The notes below the pieces were generated by a model that was given only the letters and a program-made list of their open reading frames with translations, was not told the DNA's origin and ran no database searches. This document shows, piece after piece, positions 39,521 through 53,811 of a stretch of 64,000 bases of DNA. Each line of letters begins with the position of its first letter. Position 1 is the first letter of the stretch. The DNA comes from Leucoraja erinacea (Eukaryota): contig NC_073400.1 of the NCBI RefSeq assembly GCF_028641065.1, positions 5,084,001 to 5,148,000 on the forward strand, read 5' to 3'. Position numbers and translations under genes: made by a program.

Positions 39521-40934
39521 AGGATTTGAGGGGGGGGGTGTTAATATTATTACCGAGTCCTTAGCAACACCATATGCCTCAAAACAAATGTCATTATTGC
39601 AGAATAAACAAGACTTTGTCATAGACAAATACATCAAATGAGCCTCAATTGCCTCGACGCAGTGGGAGGACAAACAAGGAAGAGATAAGACTTTTTGCCT
39701 TCCACCACAGTGAGAAGGTGCCTGGAGACTCACTGCGATGGATGTTTGTGTTAAACTGTGTTCATTGTGTGTTTTGTTGCTTTTTTTTTGTCATGGTTGC
39801 AATGTAGGCAATTTCGTTCAAACTATTGTTTGAATGGCAATAAAGAATATTGTATTGTATTTCCTCCATGAAAGCAGTGATCATACTTCAAGGATACCTT
39901 AGTTGCCTGTAGAGAATTTTGGGATTTTGTTTAAGAAGGAACTGCAGATGCTGGAAAAATCGAAGGTAGACAAAAGTGCTGGAGAAACTCAGCGGGTGCA
40001 GCAACATCTATGGAGCAAAGGAAATAGGCATTGCTTCGGGCCGAAACCCTTCTTCAGACTGATTTTGGGATACCAGGATCAAGTAAGGCACTATTTAAAC
40101 AAATATTTTTTTTCCTCTAATTTATTAATTTCACAATATTTACTTTGTAAAACTGTGCTCACTTAAAATGGCAATCTTTAGTCCCACCAAAATATCAAAA
40201 AGTTAGGAAGGCTTCCTGCAGGCATTAATTAATGAGGATAGAGTGTACCAAATACTCCGTGCAGCTTCAGGTTGATTCAGCAGTGCAAATCTACAGGATA
40301 ATTACTACTTTCAACTTCCTAAGCACCTTCTCATTTTGTAGCGGTCCAATGTCCACTCTTGCCTCTCTTTTATTCTTTATATATCTGAAGAAACGTTTGA
40401 TACCGGCTTTTATGTTATTGGCTAGCTTACCTTCGTGATGCATCTTTTCTCCCCTAATTGCCTTCTGTTGGCCTTTAAAAGCTTCCAATCATATTGTATG
40501 GCTTCTGTCTTAATCCTACGCTGTCTTTGACTGCCTTTGTCAGCCACACCCACTTCAATTCTCTCTTTAGAATTTGTCTTCTTGTGGGATGAAAAGATCC
40601 CGTGTCTTCTGAATTACTCGCAGAAACTCCTACCATTGCTACTCCACCGTCAATATTGCTGGGGTCCCTTTCCAATCAATTTTAGCCAGCTCCTCCCTCA
40701 TGCCTCTGTAGTTACCTTTCCCACATACACATTTTCAGATTGTTGCTTTTTTAAATTTTTGGATGAAGTACATTGCTAAAAGGTTCTCTCTCCGTCCTGC
40801 AATGTCCTAAGTGTGGCGCTGCTGGTTCAACACTGGCGTTTCTCGTTGCCTGTTCAATGCTTAACCAAGAATACACATATCAGTCTGCCTGCGCTAACAT
40901 TTTTCTTCCAATAAATACAAAACTAAACATTTCG

Positions 40935-41235
40935 TACACGAAAATGCTAGAGAAATTCAGCGGGTGAGGCAGCATCTATGGAGAGAAGGAATAGGCAACG
41001 CTTTGGGTCGAGACCCTTCTTCAGACTGATGTCGGGGGGAGGGGGCGGGAAAAAGAAAGGAAGAGGCGGAGACAGTAGGCTTGTGGTAGAGCTGGAAAGG
41101 GGGAGGGGAAGGAGGGAGAAAGCAAGGACGATCTGAAATGAGAGCATTCAATGTTCATACTGCTGGGGTGTAAACTACCCAAGCACAATGAGGTGCTGTT
41201 CCTCCAATTTGTGCTGGGTCTCACTCTGGCAATGT
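40935..41235 (-). mobile_element. Penelope-like element 3' end
   Basis: LGSLHPSSMNIE plus terminal repeat. Confidence 0.8.
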
Positions 41236-42084
41236 AGGCCTAGGCTTGGTTAGATCATTTAGATCATTTTCTTCAATAGTAGTTGTATGACCTTAAATGC
41301 AAAATTATTGTAAAGCACATACATGGGCAAGACAAGTACCTTACACGATATTTCCATTTCTCCTTTATCCTGCCAGTGATGATTCACTAACCAAGCAGAA
41401 GGCTAGTTTATTTTTCAATGGGCCAACATTACTTTGTATTGGTTTATTATTTTCATATGTGCCAAGATACAGTGACAAACTTTGTTTCCATACTATCGAG
41501 TCAAAGCATACTATACGCAAGTACAAACAAGCCATACACAGGTACACCTGGTAGGGCAAAGAGAAAAATGTAACATGTAGTGTTACTGCATTATGGCCAG
41601 AGAGAAAGTGCAGAAAGTGCCACAATGACATAGGCTGGGATATCAAGGCTACTCTCTTTCCTTACGAGAGATCCGCTTAATAGTTGGAAAGCAGCGGAGA
41701 AGAACCTGTTCCTGAATCTGCCCGTACGGGCTTTCAAGATTAATTTTTTTTCCTATCCAATGGGAGAAGAGGAAATGGCCACGGTGTAAGTGATCCTTGA
41801 TTACGTTGGTTGTTTTCCCGAGGAAAATGAAGTGTAGAAGGAGTGATTGGGGTGGAGGCTGGTCTGTGTGACAGACCACAACTCTCTGCAACACCAGTAT
41901 TGAATATTGAAATCACAGGACGGGGCATAGATTTAGTTATAAAGTTATTCCATTATTAAACTCTGTATTGGACTTTAATCTTTTTGGACGTGTAATTAAT
42001 CAAGATTCAGACAATCCACAGGTATGCCAAAGTTTTGAAAAGAGTATGAATTCAACAAATCTAAATTCTTACTTGCATTATGTA

Positions 42085-42700
42085 GAAAACAAGGAACCGC
42101 AGATGCTGTTTACAAAAAAAAAAGACAAAGCACTGGAGCAACTCAGTGGGTCAGGCAGCATCCTTGGAGAACATGGATATATGACGTTTCACGTCGGGAC
42201 CTTTTTTTCAGACTGATCGTGAGGGGGGTGTGGGGCGGTGGGGAGATGCGTGGAGAAACAAAGCTAGGAGTGACAGGAGAAAGCACGGCAGACAAAAAGG
42301 CAAGGGGGGGGGGGGGGCTTGAAAGCCAGATGGGTGGACAAAGGCCAGAGATGAAAAAACAGGTGTGAGACAAAATGAGTGAAGAGTTACGAATTGTGAA
42401 GCCAGAGGAAGGAATGTCAGGGGAGGGGGAGAGTGGGTGCGAGTCCAGGTGGGGCACAGGGTGTAGGAGAGAAAGGGGATTGGGCTGGTTGTTAAGAAGT
42501 TATCTAAAATATGAGAATTCAATATTCATAGCACTGGGTTGTAAGCTACCCAAGTGGAATACGAGGTGCTGTTCCTCCATTTTGCATTTGGGCTCACTCT
42601 GGCAATGGAGGTGCCCCAGGACAGAATGGTCAGAATGGGAAGAGGAGTTAAAATGGTTAGCAACCAGGAAATCCTTAGCAGAGCGGGCGGAAGTCTTTGG
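42085..42700 (-). mobile_element. Penelope-like element 3' end (endonuclease C-terminus plus terminal repeat)
   Basis: VANHFNSSSHS...EEQHLVFHLGSLQPSAMNIEFS followed by the ctgaa...gaaacgtc repeat. Confidence 0.85.
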
Positions 42701-44529
42701 CAAAACTTGATTACTCAGTTATTCAGTGCAAAAACAACGTCAGGGTTCCATAGTACATCCAAAATAGAATGCTGCACTTACTGGGAATCTTTTTGTCATT
42801 TGATTTCCACTCTCAGAATATGATTGCACTTGAGCCACTAATGCCAGATTGATACAATTGAGAAAGTTTGTCGACAACTTTAATTTAACAATGGCCACTT
42901 AGACGTGAAATTTGTTTCACATACAGGCTGTGACAGTCAAGGCTAGCAAGTTTAATTTGATAAAGGTTGCTCGTACAATGGATAGAGATTTACAGTACTT
43001 GAAAGGCATCTTAATCATTTTGACAGACACTAGTTATGTTTTTTACATTTACTATTAATTAAAGAGTGATACAAGGTGAATTAAATTTCTCAGTGGGATT
43101 TGACTTCACCTTCCCTCCATTCTTCAGGCTTCAAGACCACAAATTCAATGTTAAAGACTTGAAACACTCTCAATTTGCACAACTCTTTAAAGAGCTTATG
43201 GCACTAAAACAGCTGTACTATGTTAGCATGCTATTTTCTGCTGACGAGTGCAGCTTCGCTTCCCCAAATGACACGGCTCATATCGGTCAGATTCTATTTC
43301 GATTGAATCTCACCCAAAGGCTGTATCCTCCAACTTGTAAACGGCATTAAAGTGGAATTTTTACTTAATCATGGGCATGTAGACTTCGGATAAAAGAGAG
43401 TCAGGGTACAAGTTTAGGTGCAATGACAAAACAACCCATTAAACATTGTGAGATTCCTCTGAACATAACCAATTACGTGTACAGGCTTACTGTAAAATTG
43501 CTAACAAACAACTGTGCACCCCAAGCTTCTGATCCTGTCTTGACATACTTTTCACAACAGAAGTGAATGTAGAGTTTGAGCTTGTTGACTAACTGGTACC
43601 AAAATATTTTCATTTATGTTGCATCAATGATCTCTGGCCTCCCAATACATTTTACAGGCAATAACATATGTTTGAAGTGCAGTATCAGTTGAACAGCAGG
43701 AAACGCACATTTGTGGACAGTAAACTGCTGCAGTCTGCAAAATAAGCTTTTGGTTGAGTGAAAACTGTTGTGCAAGTCAGCAAGGACAAATGCTTCATAG
43801 TTTTACAAAATATCGATAGATTATTCCTTTGGTTTAACAAAAAAAGCAGATGGGGCTACAACTTAATACAACTGAATGATATTCTCTGACTTTGTAGCAC
43901 CATTTCCAAGATGGAGCATTAACCGAGATGGTGGAATGGCCTTCGGCTGCTGGGATTTCCAACTCTTATAACCAAATTATTTGTGGCTGGTCAAATTGAG
44001 TTTCTGTTCAATGTTGACTCCCTGACATTGGTGCTGGGGTCTTGGTAATAGCAATGCCTTAGGACATCACGGGTAGGCTGGTAGATTCTCGTTGATACGG
44101 ATGATCATTACCTGGCACTTCTGTGGCATGAATGTTACTTGCGCAGGACTGGGATGATTGGCCTCTGACAAATATAGCCAACTTTCTATGTTTGACACCA
44201 GAATGTTGTCCCTTCTCTGCCCACTGACTTCAACCTTATCAGGGCACCTTGATGCCACATTAGTCTAATGCTGCTTTGACCTGAAGGACAGTCACTCACA
44301 TCTTTGGAATTCTGCTCTTTTATCCATGCTTCAACACAGACTGAGATGAGGTTTGTGGCTGCATTATCTGAGGGGGCACCAACCCCAAAGAGGGCATTGT
44401 TGAGTAAGAGTCACGTTAAAAACACTGCCAATAACTTTCATCACTTTTCCAATGATTGTGAACAGATTGGTCTGTAATAGGCCTAATTGTACTTTTCTTA
44501 AACAAGGCAGGACCTCATCCGCCTACACT

Positions 44530-45130
44530 TGCTAGTTCTCCCGGATACTGGCTATTTCAATTCCTCTTCCTCACTGACCTTTCTGGCTTGGGCCTTTGCC
44601 AGATTGAGGCCACAGACAAACTGAGGAACAGCGCCTCATATTCCCCATGGGTAGCTTTCAACCCAGCCGTATGAACACGGAAATCTCCAATTTTAGGTAA
44701 CTCCTCACAGCCAACTCTCCCACTCTGCCCAACACCCCCCACCCCACCCTTTTCCCCCGTGCCCCACCTGGACTACGACCTAATTCTCTCCTCCCTCCAC
44801 TTTCCCCTCTCTGGCTTTAGTCTGCAGCTCTTCAAACCTCTCACACCAACCTTCCTTTCTTTATCTCTAGCCTTTGTTTTAAACTATTTGCCTATCAACC
44901 CCCCCCCCCCCCCCCCCACCCCACCTATGTCAACCGACCACCTGCCAATTTGTTCTGCCTCTTCCCTTTTCCAGCTTTCTTCTTCACCTCCCTCCCCTAC
45001 AATCAGTCTGAAGAAGGGTCTCAACCCAAAACGTCATTTATCCATGTTCTCCAGGTATAGTGCCTGACCCACTGAGTTACTCCAGCAATTTGTGTCCTTT
45101 TGTGTATGAACCAGCATTCTGTTTCTACTT
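44530..45130 (+). mobile_element. Penelope-like element 3' end
   Basis: Endonuclease C-terminal remnant, then ctgaagaagggtctcaacccaaaacgtc at 45008-45035. Confidence 0.8.
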
Positions 45131-47421
45131 GCCTGAATAATTCCATGATATACTGTGGAGTGAATCCAATTGAATGAATGAATTTATTATCACATGTGAC
45201 ATGTCACAGAGTCACCACGTATAGGGCACCGATAAAGATACTAAGTATTCAATGCAGTCCCAATGGTTCCTCTTTGTTCTCGGGGACACCCCCCGGTCGG
45301 GTCCCTTTTTGATGTCTGCATCCCCCACCCCCCCCCCCCCCCCCCCCCACGGTGCCCACTGCAGCCCCATCCTCAGCAACCCGCCACCGGCAGCTTCATT
45401 CTGCGCTGCCGCGCTGCTGTGGATGGAGATTGGCTTCTGTGATGGTCGGGACCATGCAGTGCACTTTCCATGATATCTTCATTAAAAAATCATTACTTAT
45501 ATTTTGAACAGCATGTTTTTTAATCCTTTCAAAAAACATTGTGCCCCTGTATATATAGAAGTTGTGAATAACCAGTGCTCAATAATTTTACCTTCCTTTT
45601 CAAATCATTCAAAGGAGTGTTAACTCCCAAATCTATGGTTACGTATTATGGAAATCCCCAAATGGGTTTTCACACACCCGACTTAGCCCTGAAATTAAAT
45701 CAGTCACATATTTTCTTGATTGTGACCATGGCCCACTGAAAGCTTCTCAACATTACACAAGAACTAAGAACAGGTGTAATCCACTAGGACCTTCAAGCCT
45801 GCCCTGCCATTCGACATAATCATGGTCGATTTACCCGGGGCTTCAATTCCTCCTCTATGCCAGTTTCCATTAGCAGATGTCGCAATTTAAAAAATCTATT
45901 TCCACTTTAATTACACACACCTCTGGCGTAAAGAATTCCCTCTGCAAAAAATCTATACATTCTGCTGTTTAATAAGACCGGCCCTTTACCTTATACCTTT
46001 AACCCATGTCCTCTCATTTGAGACTCTCCCCCTGATGAAATCATCTCCATACCTATCCAGTTAAGTCCCCTCAGGATCTTATTATATATCACAACAGGTT
46101 AACCTTCATTCTTTTAAACTAAAAACAATACAGATTAAAACTGTTTTGCCTTTTTAGAGCAGATTTGGATTTTGAATCCACAGCAAATAGCTTGATCATA
46201 TTTTTGAAAAATGGAAACACTTGTTTATTGTTGCATTTTTCACCGGGTCCAGCAATATCCAGGTGCTTTGCAGATCATAGTGCCATTGTTGAACACTGAT
46301 ACCCACGCAGTGACAAAGCAGCCCCAATGTGTAAAACAGAAGATGTCTCTTTCCACCCACGTAATAGTTTTGCACATATTGTTTGCTGACTATTAGAATA
46401 TAAGTATGGTAAAATGCAGCAACGTTTGACATCTAGGGCCGTGTGACGGTTAAATGATTAGTACATTCAGGCCACACAGTTAATCCCCCCCCCATATCAT
46501 TTTTTGGAAAATTAATGATTCAATTGCCTCTGTGAACAAAGGATTCCTCAAAGTACTGCCAATAGTCAAGTGTCAAGACTAAAGTGATACATTAGTCTGG
46601 ATTTACCCAACGAAGAGAGCAGATTCTCTCAACTATCAACTCCTACAACCACTAAAAATCTCTTAATCGTCAAAACTGGAGCTGCACTAGGTCAAAGGAC
46701 AACACATGTTAATTGTACTGAGAGAAAAATAGCCACGGCCTTGTGTTGCAGACCTCCAAGCAGTAAGGACAGAGAAATACAATGATATGGAGCCATGGAA
46801 ATAAGGAAACGAGGATGAACAAATAATAAGAAAACATGAAAAACTTTGACCAACTATATTTTTTGTTCCGTGGCTAGATAAGCAGATGTTATAGCTGCTT
46901 TGCTCACTCAAACACATTTCACCATCTATAACATTTTTTTCTGCATTGAACTTCCTGCCATCTCTGGTGAAGCATTTGAATTTTACCATTTCAGGTAATA
47001 AACACATCACGCAGCAGAACCCAACTTCCTCTTGTTCATTTGTGCAAGTGACTGACTGCATTACTTGACTGCAATTCACAGCAAACAGCCAGTTTAAAAA
47101 CATCTAACAACAATCATACCAAAAACATGACGCAACTCAGAAAATGACAATTCAAATAATTGCAGAGTTTTCATGAGAGGTGTTGATTTTAATTCCCCAT
47201 AGCACTGTTCTTCATTGCAAACAGCACAAAGATTTTGTCAAAGCAGCTTCCCTTTATTTTATTTAATCCCTTCTTGTTTTTCAATACTATTATTAAACCT
47301 TGACTCCCTATGCTCTGAGAATAATTTCAAACATTTTAAAATCATTTCATCTAAATGGTCATACAAAAAACACATGCCAGGATATTTTTAAATTTCTAAA
47401 TATTGTTCGAACTTTAAAAAC

Positions 47422-47525
47422 CACTGGACCAAGTGGGACCCGTTGGGTCCCTGTCACACAGGAGGTCTGGTCCCCCAAGGCAACCCGTTCCCCAACGCAA
47501 TATTCCACCACTCACCCATAGCTAG
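47422..47525 (-). mobile_element. Helitron-like 3' end
   Basis: Minus strand reads gggacccaacgggtccc-acttggtccag. Confidence 0.55.
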
Positions 47526-48473
47526 CATTTTCAGCATAGAACTCTCTGAAACATAAGCAAATGGATGGTATGCTTGCCTTCATTGTTCGAGCATTGAATA
47601 TAAGAGACAGGAAGTCTTGATGCAGCTTTATAGGTCTTTGGTTGGGCTGCATTTGGAGTATTGTGTGTAGTTCTGGTCACCCCATTACAGGAATGATGTG
47701 GAGGCTTAGGAAAGGATGCCGTGGTGGTTGACCAGAATAATGCCTGGATTAGTGGGTGTTAGCTACAAGGAGAGGCTGGACAGGCCTAGATGGTTTTCTC
47801 TGGAATACTGGAGATTGTGGGGAGATCTGATAATACTTGAATATTGAATACTTGACTTCTTTAATACTTCAAATAAACAATCTAATTGCAAATATATGAA
47901 AATACCACCATTTTATTCCAACAGCTATACTCGACAATTAAGCTAACTTCAAACAACTGATTCTGAAATAAAATAGGAATATGCAGGATTTTCTCATTGT
48001 AACCTCCAGTCTCAGTTCTTCAAACAACAGCATGCTTACAGCGCCAGAGACTAGGGTTTGACCGTGACTACGGGTGATATCTGTATGGAGTTTGTACGTT
48101 TTCCCAGTGACCGCATGGGTTTTCTGCATGTGATCCGGTTTCCTCCCACACTCTAAAGACATACAGGTTTGTACGTTTATTGGCTTCAATAAGTTGTAAC
48201 TATGTCCCAAATGTGTGTAGGTTAGTGTATGGGATGATCACTAGTTAGTTGGTGTGCGGTCTCGGTGGCCGAAGCGCATGTATCTCTAGTCTAAATAGCC
48301 TTGGGACTTCAGTTGTACAAAGATTAACTCTGAGCCCAAGGAGGGGGGGGGGGTGGTTGTGACAGGAAAGAGTGTTGCTGAAACTTGAGTCTGCAAAATG
48401 GATCACAAGGATCATAAATATGTACAGAGATGAAGTAGGAAATAAAATATAAATATGTATGTATAATATATTT

Positions 48474-48636
48474 NNNNNNNNNNNNNNNNNNNNNNNNNNN
48501 NNNNNNNNNNNNNNNNNNNNNNNNNNNNNNNNNNNNNNNNNNNNNNNNNNNNNNNNNNNNNNNNNNNNNNNNNNNNNNNNNNNNNNNNNNNNNNNNNNNN
48601 NNNNNNNNNNNNNNNNNNNNNNNNNNNNNNNNNNNN
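48474..48636. other. Assembly gap (N run)
   Basis: Run of N. Confidence 0.99.
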
Positions 48637-50789
48637 GGAACTGAGCAGGCCAGGCAGCACCTCTGGAAACATGGAACAGATGACGTTTCAGAGCTGAAGA
48701 AAGGTTTCGACCAGAAACCTCCTCGATACCTTTACTCCAGAGATGCTGTCCAACCCGCAGCATAAACAATCTTTATATTTTGTATATAAATAATCTTTAA
48801 TGTGCAAGAATATTTGACAGTATGAATGGATGTAATAACTAATACTTGATGAAAAAGGATTTTTGAAGAATACAACAATTACACGTGAAAGTGGGGTGAA
48901 GAGAATGAGATTGAGACAAAGAAGGGGAATAAGAAAGACAGGGAGAACAAGCTAAAGTTATATAATAATAAATCTTTATACAATACTTAAGCAACTCAAT
49001 GAAATCCAACTTATCAAAATCACAGCTGAGAGCATCAAAACTTTTCCTGCACTTTAATTACATAGCAAGACATCTTTAGTGCCAATAAACGTATAAAGCC
49101 TTTTATAACAAGCAAAATGTCCAAGGCGCTTCACTAAAGAGAATAGACAAAATTGATATGACTTATTTGGTATTTCTGGGGAAATTAACAATATAAGAAG
49201 TCAGAAATAGGTTTAAAGAAACATCAAGGAAGAGAGAGATAAAGAGAAGAAATGAAATTCAAGGAGACAACTCTAGTACTTGAGCTGCAGACGTTTGAAG
49301 ATACAGCCATCACAGTTTGGGGAGTGCCAGGAAGATGTACAAAAGATCGGTGCAGGAGGAGCAAAGGATTTGTAGAGCAAGAGGAGGTTACCATGATAGG
49401 GAGCTGCAAGGCCATGGAAGAACTTGAAACCAAAGCCAATGATTTTAAAGGTATGCAAGCCAAATTTGTCATCAAGAACACAAATGATGAGTAAACATGG
49501 CAGTGTGACATGGGCAAAAATGTTTCAGATTAGCACACGTATATAGAGAGTGCAAATTGGAGGCCAGCAGAAAAACACTGGAATATCGTTCTAATTATTA
49601 GAAGTTTAAGACATAAAAAGAGCCTGGACTGCACAAAGGTATCCGTCAAATGAAATCACATCCTCTTAATAATTTCCTTACAAAGTCAGAGTAAGAAGCT
49701 TCACCATTCACTGAGCTCAACAACTCACTGAGGCACTGCACCAGAGGATGTACAATGTGATGCCACAATATACCCATGCAGTTTCCACCACAGTTACTTT
49801 ATTTGGAGGTTTACCTAAAATCACATTGTTGAAGAACAGTTTACTGCAGAAGATGGAAGACTAACCTACAAAAGGTGCACCTGTTTGGAGCTTTCATTTA
49901 GAGTTTCAAATTTTGTTCTAAAAGAAAGCAAGTCATTTACAAAGCTCTGCTCACACTGTCAAAAGCAGAAGTATTTGGAACTATATCGCCACTCCCCTCC
50001 CCAACATGACTTAAATTTCTAACTTCCCCAGTGTCGTGATTCCATATTACAGCACAAGGAAGTAACAAATTGTTAGACTGGAACATTTTGAAAAATCTAA
50101 AGGAAGAATAAATTAGTCACCACCCTACAAGGTTGGAAAATATCAGAGCAGTAAGGTTCCACCTGCTATCTCGTACGGAAGTCACTAAATTGAGGCAAGC
50201 TTAGGCCTTCATAAGTGAAATGGTATTGAGAGAAAAAAATTGACAGCAAGCAATTGCAATCCAAGTAAATGTCTTTGTGGCATCTTCACCAGGACTTACA
50301 AAACAACATCATGCTTTTTCATTACAGCTATATGACAGCAACAGTATGATATATGGAAGCTTAATCATCTCCAAAACATTCAGAGTAGACTTTCATAATT
50401 TTTGAATGGTAATAGTAATATAAACACCTGATTACAATGAAGACAATTTAACAGGAACATGAGGAAGTCACATTAATCCTTCTAGTTCAGTTTGAAAGCA
50501 GATAATACAGCAAAAAGGTGAAAATCGCAGGGAATGGGGCAGACCAGTTCCCAGTTCTCATCACCACCCCAAACACTATCCCCATCAAGCTAGCTATAAA
50601 ATTGAAAGCTAAGAATGGCAGCTACAAATTGAATGATAGCAACTAAAGGACAAGCAAAAGTAGATGTCAGAAATGAAAACCCATAAATGCAAGAATATTT
50701 TTTTATGATAATAAAATCAAGGCATTGATTGTGAACTTCCTTCTTTGAAAAGTACTTCATCAGTAAATGTCATCAATGTATAAAGTGAG

Positions 50790-53060
50790 CACATAACACA
50801 GAGTGGGTAAATGTGCACTGAACCATTCCAGAGCATGAGCAGGCATATAATCTCAGTGAAAGGACATGGTCTCTACTCTACAGTGTATGGCCGCCAGTGC
50901 ACAACAAATTCTTTGACAGAGCATACATGCCCTGCTTTCAGGTGCGGACACACAATGTCCTTATTCAGTTTCAGCATTCGGGCTAGGAGTAAATGCCATT
51001 CCTTGGCTGAGAGTGAGTATTGGTTCTTGGGTGAATGTAAGCAATGGGCATACACTGTCATGGCCATTTATTCAGCAAACATACACAGACTCAGGCAGAG
51101 CTTTATTGGTATGAGTGCATTGTCCTCAGGTAGACTGCAAGAACAGTGCATTACCCCAGGCTATGTGTGAATAACATGAATGCACTGCCTTCTGACTGTG
51201 AAATACCAACAGCCTGAATGTAAGCAACAAATGTGAATGTGCGCTGTGTTCATGCACTGTCCCGTACTGAATGCAAACAGCATGCGTTTGCCTGAAGACC
51301 AAGTGTGAGCAGTGAGCATATAGTGACTGGGCCAATGTGAGCAACAAGTGTGTACTGTCCCTAGATTAACTGCAAGCAGTCTATGTGAACTACCCTGTAT
51401 ACAGTCAATGAGCAATACACTGATCCACAGCAGAATGCAAGTGTGTACTGTCCCTGGGCTCAATTTGAACAGTGAGTGTGCACTGAGCTCATGAGAGCAG
51501 TGAGTGTGCACTGTCATAGAAACATAGAAAATAGGTGCAGGAGTAGGCCATTCGGCCCTTCGAGCCTGCACCGCCATTCAATATGATCATGGCTGATCAT
51601 CCAACTCAGTATCCCATCCCTGCCTTCTCTCCATACCCCCTGATCCCTTTAGCCACAAGGGCCACATCTAACTCCCTCTTAAATATAGCCAATGAACTGG
51701 CCTCAACTACCTTCTGTGGCAGAGAATTCCAGAGATTCACCACTCTCTGTGTAAAAAAATATTTTTCTCATCTCAGTCCTAAAAGACTTCCCTCTTATCC
51801 TTAAAGTGTGACCCCTAGTTCTGGACTTCCCCAACACCGGGAATAATCTTCCTGCATCTAGCCTGTCCAACCCCTTAAGAATTTTGTAAGTTCCTGGACA
51901 ATGTGAACAGTGAGTGTGCACTGTCCCTGGACTCAATGTGAACAGTGAATGTATACTGTCCCTGGGGTTAGTGTGAGTAGTAAGTGTACATTGTTCCTTA
52001 GCTCAGTCTGATCAGTGAGTGTGCACTGTCCTTGGGCTGTGTGAGTAGTGTGTGCATTGTCCCTGGGGTGGGTGAGAGCAGTGAATGCACACCGTCCCTG
52101 GGCTCATTGCGAGTGTGTACTGTTCCTGGGCTCAGTGTGAGCAATGAGTGTGCACTGGGCTCAGTGGGAGTGGGGAGTGTGCACTGTCCCTGGGCTCAGT
52201 GTCAGAACAAGCAACGTGTGCACACTGTCCTTGGGATGAACGTGTGTCTTGTATTCAGATCGAGTGTAAAAACAAGTTTGTGCTAACCACCGGCTGAGTG
52301 TAAGGAGAGTATGTATGTACTGTCAACTGACTGATGGTGAACAACAAGCATGTATTGTTTACGAAGGAACTGCAGATGCTGGTTTAAACCAAAGTGTGTC
52401 TTGTACCTGGGATGACTGTCAGCAACAAGTGTGCATCATCACTGGGCTGAATATGAGCGACAAGTGTGCACAGTCCATGAGTTGATTGTGAGCCACAGAT
52501 GTGTACTATCCCCAAGCTGCACGTGTTAACATGCACTGTCCTGAACTGAATGTGCACAAATTTTCACAATGTCCAACTCGAGTGCAAGAATCAAATTGGT
52601 ACTGACCACTGGCTGAGTGAGGGCAATGAGTGTGTGAGGAACAACCATTCAAAGTCATCAAGCATGAATAATACGTGAACTCTGTGGTCTATTTGAATGT
52701 AAGTAACAAGTGTGCATTGTCAACGAACTAAGTGTGAGCAATGAGTGTGCATTGTCCCCAAGCCTAGTAGCATAGCAAGCATGCTTTTCCCGAACTGAGT
52801 GTGAGCAATGAATATATACTGGTTGTAAGAGTAACAAACTTATACTGTCACTGGTTTGAGTGTGATCAATAAGTGTGCCCGGTGTTGAGTCCAGGCAACA
52901 AATGCTAAATGTGCGTGAGCCACGAATGGTCGTGTTCCTGGGCAGCGCAACGTGTGTTTACTATCCTTAAACTTAGTAGAAACAATGTGTGTGCATCGCT
53001 GGGGTTCAGTGCGTGTGTTATCCCTGGGGTTAAGGAGCAATGGATCATGTACTGTCCACA
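50790..53060. repeat. Degenerate ~37-39-bp tandem repeat (gtgtgcactgtccctgggctcagtgtgagcagtga-like), interrupted by a CR1 insertion
   Basis: Recurrent gtgtgcactgtccct/gtgagca motifs; best-preserved units at ~51430-52230. Confidence 0.75.
51515..51892 (-). mobile_element. Young CR1 3' fragment inserted in a tandem repeat
   Basis: TYKILKGLDRLDAGRLFP. Confidence 0.9.
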
Positions 53061-53177
53061 ATCTAGTGTGGAAGTTGTACTAATATTAATAACGGAGCAG
53101 GAAGTTGGGCGAAGGCCGGAAGTTTAAGGCGGAGGCGATGGGGCGCGGATTCCGCAAACCTTCCGGGGAAACAGGGG

Positions 53178-53366
53178 AGCGGGGCCGGGACAGCGGGGGC
53201 CGGGGCCGGGACAGCGGGGGGCCGGGGCCGGGACAGCGGGGGCCGGGACAGCGGGGGCCGGGGCCGGGACGGGAGCAGGGGGCCGGGGCCGGGGCGGGGG
53301 CCGGGGCCGGGACAGCGGGGGCCGGGGCCGGGACAGCGGGGGCCGGGGCCGGGACAGCGGGGGCCG
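53178..53366. repeat. G-rich minisatellite (~21-bp unit gggggccggggccgggacagc), G-quadruplex-prone on + strand
   Basis: Directly visible tandem units with G3-G5 runs. Confidence 0.9.
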
Positions 53367-53564
53367 ACAGACCCTCCCTCCCTCCCGGGGTGAGTGGGTG
53401 AGTGAGCGGGCGGGTGAATGAGCCGGGGCCGGGGAGCACCACACCCGGTCACCGAGTGCCCTGCACCAGACCCACGCTCCTCCCGGGCCACGGGCCTCAA
53501 GCCGCCGGTCTCTCCGCCAGTCTCCACGGGTTGGAGCGGGCAGCGGCGCCAGGGCGGTGCTCAC

Positions 53565-53603
53565 CTTCTCGCCGTCCGACAGCTGCTCTTCCGCGTCCGC
53601 CAT
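53565..53603 (-). CDS. CAPZA1: F-actin capping protein alpha, coding exon 1 (MADAEEQLSDGEK)
   Basis: 39-nt exon, ATG in AAGATGGCG context, donor AAG|GTGAG; matches the CAPZA N-terminus. Paralog assigned from head-to-head synteny with an ST7-family gene. Confidence 0.9.
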
Positions 53604-53713
53604 CTTCACCCCCGTCTTCACCGCCGGCCGCGCCGCATGCTGGGAGCGGCCGTAACATCGCCGCCCTGCCGGGCCCGGGTTGGAGCGGGCAGCGGCGCCA
53701 GGGCGGTGCTCAC

Positions 53714-53756
53714 CTTCTCGCCGTCCGACAGCTGCTCTTCCGCGCCAGTCCGCCAT
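53714..53756 (-). pseudogene. Duplicated CAPZA exon 1 with a 4-nt insertion (43 nt, frameshifted if spliced)
   Basis: Second copy of ATGGCGGAC...GAGAAG|GTGAG inside a tandem duplication (53527-53675 and 53676-53828). Confidence 0.85.
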
Positions 53757-53811
53757 CTTCACCCCCGTCTTCACCGCCGGCCGCGCCGCATGCTGGGAGC
53801 GGCCGCAACAT

